64,000 nucleotides of DNA. Origin: Ramazzottius varieornatus (taxonomy: Eukaryota; Animalia; Tardigrada). Made by a program: the position numbers and the translations under genes. Where the stretch lies: assembly GCA_001949185.1 (NCBI GenBank), contig BDGG01000003.1:4833092-4897091 (forward strand). Direction: 5' to 3'. Below the pieces are notes generated by a model. The model saw only the letters and a list, made by a program, of their open reading frames with translations. It did no database searches and was not told the DNA's origin. Below, in pieces: positions 61,622-64,000 of the stretch. How positions within the stretch are numbered: position 1 is the stretch's first letter; every line of letters begins with the position of its first letter.

Positions 61622-63038
61622 GACCACTGAAGGTTCACAACTGAATACTGGTAGTTTCAACTCTCAACGAGACTGAAGGAGCAACGAATGTAAACTGTCT
61701 ACCGTCCACCTGTCCGAAGGACCGGAACTCGAAGACGAAAACTGACATTGCTGCCAGGTCGGTCGTAATGTCAGTCGCAACAGTCGCAAGGCCAGTCGCA
61801 AACTCGCATCTGAAGAACGATCTTGAAGTCTATCATCGAAGGCTAGAGTTGATTGGCATTTTAAGTTTGACACGGATACCTGCAATCAGCTCTTTTGCCA
61901 ATCAATCTTTGCAGAGGACTCTGCTGCATCATCCCGGAATGATTTTGATTGTTCGAATAGATTTTGATTGTTTGATATAGGAGTGACTCTTATCCCACTG
62001 TGAACATACGCAGCTAGGATGGTACGGTGGACAAACTCAAACTGTTAACTAAGAGCCTAAGGCTTATTAGGCTAGGACTTTCGTTCTTCTCGTCACATTC
62101 CGCACCGAGCATTCAACTGGTTTGTCGTACCTGTGTGATAGACTTACCTGGTTCGATCAAGAAGAGGGGAGTTGCTGGTTGTTGTGGGAATGACGACACG
62201 TTCGACGTGAGGCAAACCTAGTCCACGACTCCACCGTGCGGGACAACCAGTACTGTATCTGCATTATTAATGGACAAAGACATCATCGTGTGCGTAGTAG
62301 CCATCCTTCTGTGCCAACTGATAGTTTATGTCTTCAGCGTGGAATGCCCACCGACGTCCCTTTGGACACTCCAGGCCCAAGAGATGGAACGGCTCAAGAA
62401 GTTCACCGTCGATCAAGTAGTGCCTGACCACTGATGTGCTGCTGAACCAGGGAAGACGGACTTTCACGAACCGCATCTCGACTTATCTTCGCCGAATAGC
62501 ACGATTCCTTCGATTCCTGCTCACTCACACTTTAAGGTTAAGAACTTCGCGAGGAAATAAAAGTTGGGTTCGCCGGTTGCCGGAAATTATTTCATTGTCG
62601 TAGGCTGAAAATGTGTCGTTTCATTTTACGATTCAGAAGATGTGTCTTGACAACTAAGTTGTGTAGACTGCGGTTTTAATGGCATACGTTCCTTTGGGGA
62701 CTAACACATTTAGTCACATGAAACTTTTTACCAAAATATCTCTTTTACGGAAATGAAAAATGATTACATTCGTCGAAGAGCGGTAGCTATTCACAAAGCA
62801 TTTTCGTTACAACATGCGTAGGTGTCACTCGGTTATTGCTGCTGGTTGTCGTTCAAGAATCGATCATGCTGAAAATGGATGGACGCATATGGGAATAAAC
62901 GCTTTCACGTGCTGAAAAGATCTGCGTAATTAGGGACACCAGTAGGGATTTGAAGAAGGGCTTTTCTTTGTCGGCTACATCCCGCGGCTTTTGTGGGACA
63001 TTGGTTATTTATAATGTCCCTTTTCTCGAACTGTCCTT

Positions 63039-64000
63039 TCAGGTGTCCTCCATAGGCATCAGCGCATGCCTAAAATTTATCAGAAATTTTGTTAGGAATT
63101 TCACGGTTATCTTACCAAAATTTCATGTACACTATCTTCAAAATGTTCGATTTCTCAAGTTTGCTGCAAATGTATTTTACAGTAATCTTCCAACTAGACG
63201 AATGGCGAGAGTTCGGCAAACCATCTAGACAAGACCGACCTTTGAGTGGCGCACTTTGCCAGCCAATTGCACTGTAAATGTGCACCGCCGAGAAAATAGC
63301 CAAACTCGACCAAATTGTTCTTCCAATTGGCGCGCGTTGTCAGCCGGTAGCATCGAGAAAGTGCGCCACTTGAGGAAAACATTCTTGTCTAACTGTGAGC
63401 CGAGTTCGTAGGCAGTCTTGAGATTTTTGAATTTCAGGGTGACGTGATTCTAGTTTTAGTGGAGGTTGATAATGATAGGAAATAGACTGACTTGGGTGAT
63501 TAAAATGTGCACTTACCATTTGGTGAACTCACGACCATATTCCCTCATGGTCAGGGACCAATGGCGCACTTCCGACTCTTCCGTGCTGCCATATCCCAGA
63601 AGGACTTGTCCCAAGGCCGTCGAACCAAAGAGATTTAATTTCGCATAAACGGTCACTTCCACGGTGGTGTGTTTGATGTCCTCCAGAGAGACTCCCAGCG
63701 TGAAGGAAAAGGCTTCCCGGTACAAAGGGTCCTTGGTTCGCTTCACAACCTTGGTCGTCTTTTTGCCAATGTGTTTGTCGTTCTGTATGACCTCCACCCG
63801 CACGAAGGTATCTGAAAGGTAGTTCTAAGTTCAAAGAAACCTTTAGCACGTTCAGGGAATAGAAATAGGCTGTTGAAATTTATCTACGAAATGTTAAAGA
63901 CTAAGGTTGGGAGCGGCCACAATTATGTGTATGGTATAATGAGTGTCTGATGCCTCACCTTTTTCATTTTTTGCGCTACTGGTATTTTTGGAATTTTGCT
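63039..64000 (-). CDS. Synaptotagmin-like protein, C-terminal C2 domain (5'-partial)
   Basis: Exons >64000-~63959, 63811-63517, 63069-63039: DTFVRV...KKTTKVVKRTKDPLYREAFSF...LGQVLLG...HW......TKWHAL. Confidence 0.85.
63205..63408. repeat. Palindromic N25 element, 2 modules (synaptotagmin-like last intron)
   Basis: GAGTTCGGCAAAC..GAGTGGCGCAC..; TGGCGCGC-N25-GTGCGCCACTTG; right end CCGAGTTC. Confidence 0.85.

Noticed and set aside
1-64000. tRNA, rRNA or snRNA genes and autonomous transposons
   Set aside because: I recognised no cloverleaf with A/B boxes, no rRNA motifs, and no reverse transcriptase or DDE catalytic ORF by eye; a tRNAscan/Infernal run would be needed to exclude them fully.

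Overview
Eukaryotic, gene-dense genomic DNA from an invertebrate animal, probably an ecdysozoan/arthropod (inferred from zfh2-, IGLR-2- and TOX-type genes and short GT-AG introns). About 17 spliced genes or pseudogenes can be reconstructed by hand, in this order: zfh2/ZFHX (4 homeodomains), a DDE-less pogo/CENP-B-type DNA-binding gene, VPS72/YL1, NDUFAF8, TRAPPC3, a pseudogenised F-box-like gene, TOP1, a TOX HMG-box gene, PIGM, a damaged LTO1/ORAOV1, LST8, COPE, MRPL24, UBALD, a short MiT/TFE bHLH-Zip gene, an LRR-less IGLR-2-like gene, an intact F-box-like paralog and a synaptotagmin-like 3' end. The most striking non-genic signal is a dispersed palindromic element with about 32 copies, about 28 of them in introns. 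Each copy has 1-3 modules of CAAGTGGCGCAC-N25-GTGCGCCACTTG inside terminal inverted repeats (GGGARCTCGGCAAAC...GTTTGCCGAGYTCCC). Spacer length is almost invariant at 25 nt although spacer sequence is strongly diverged. At least five other, unrelated foldback/MITE-like elements are also present. All protein assignments are from recognised motifs; no database searches were run, and repeat boundaries are approximate.
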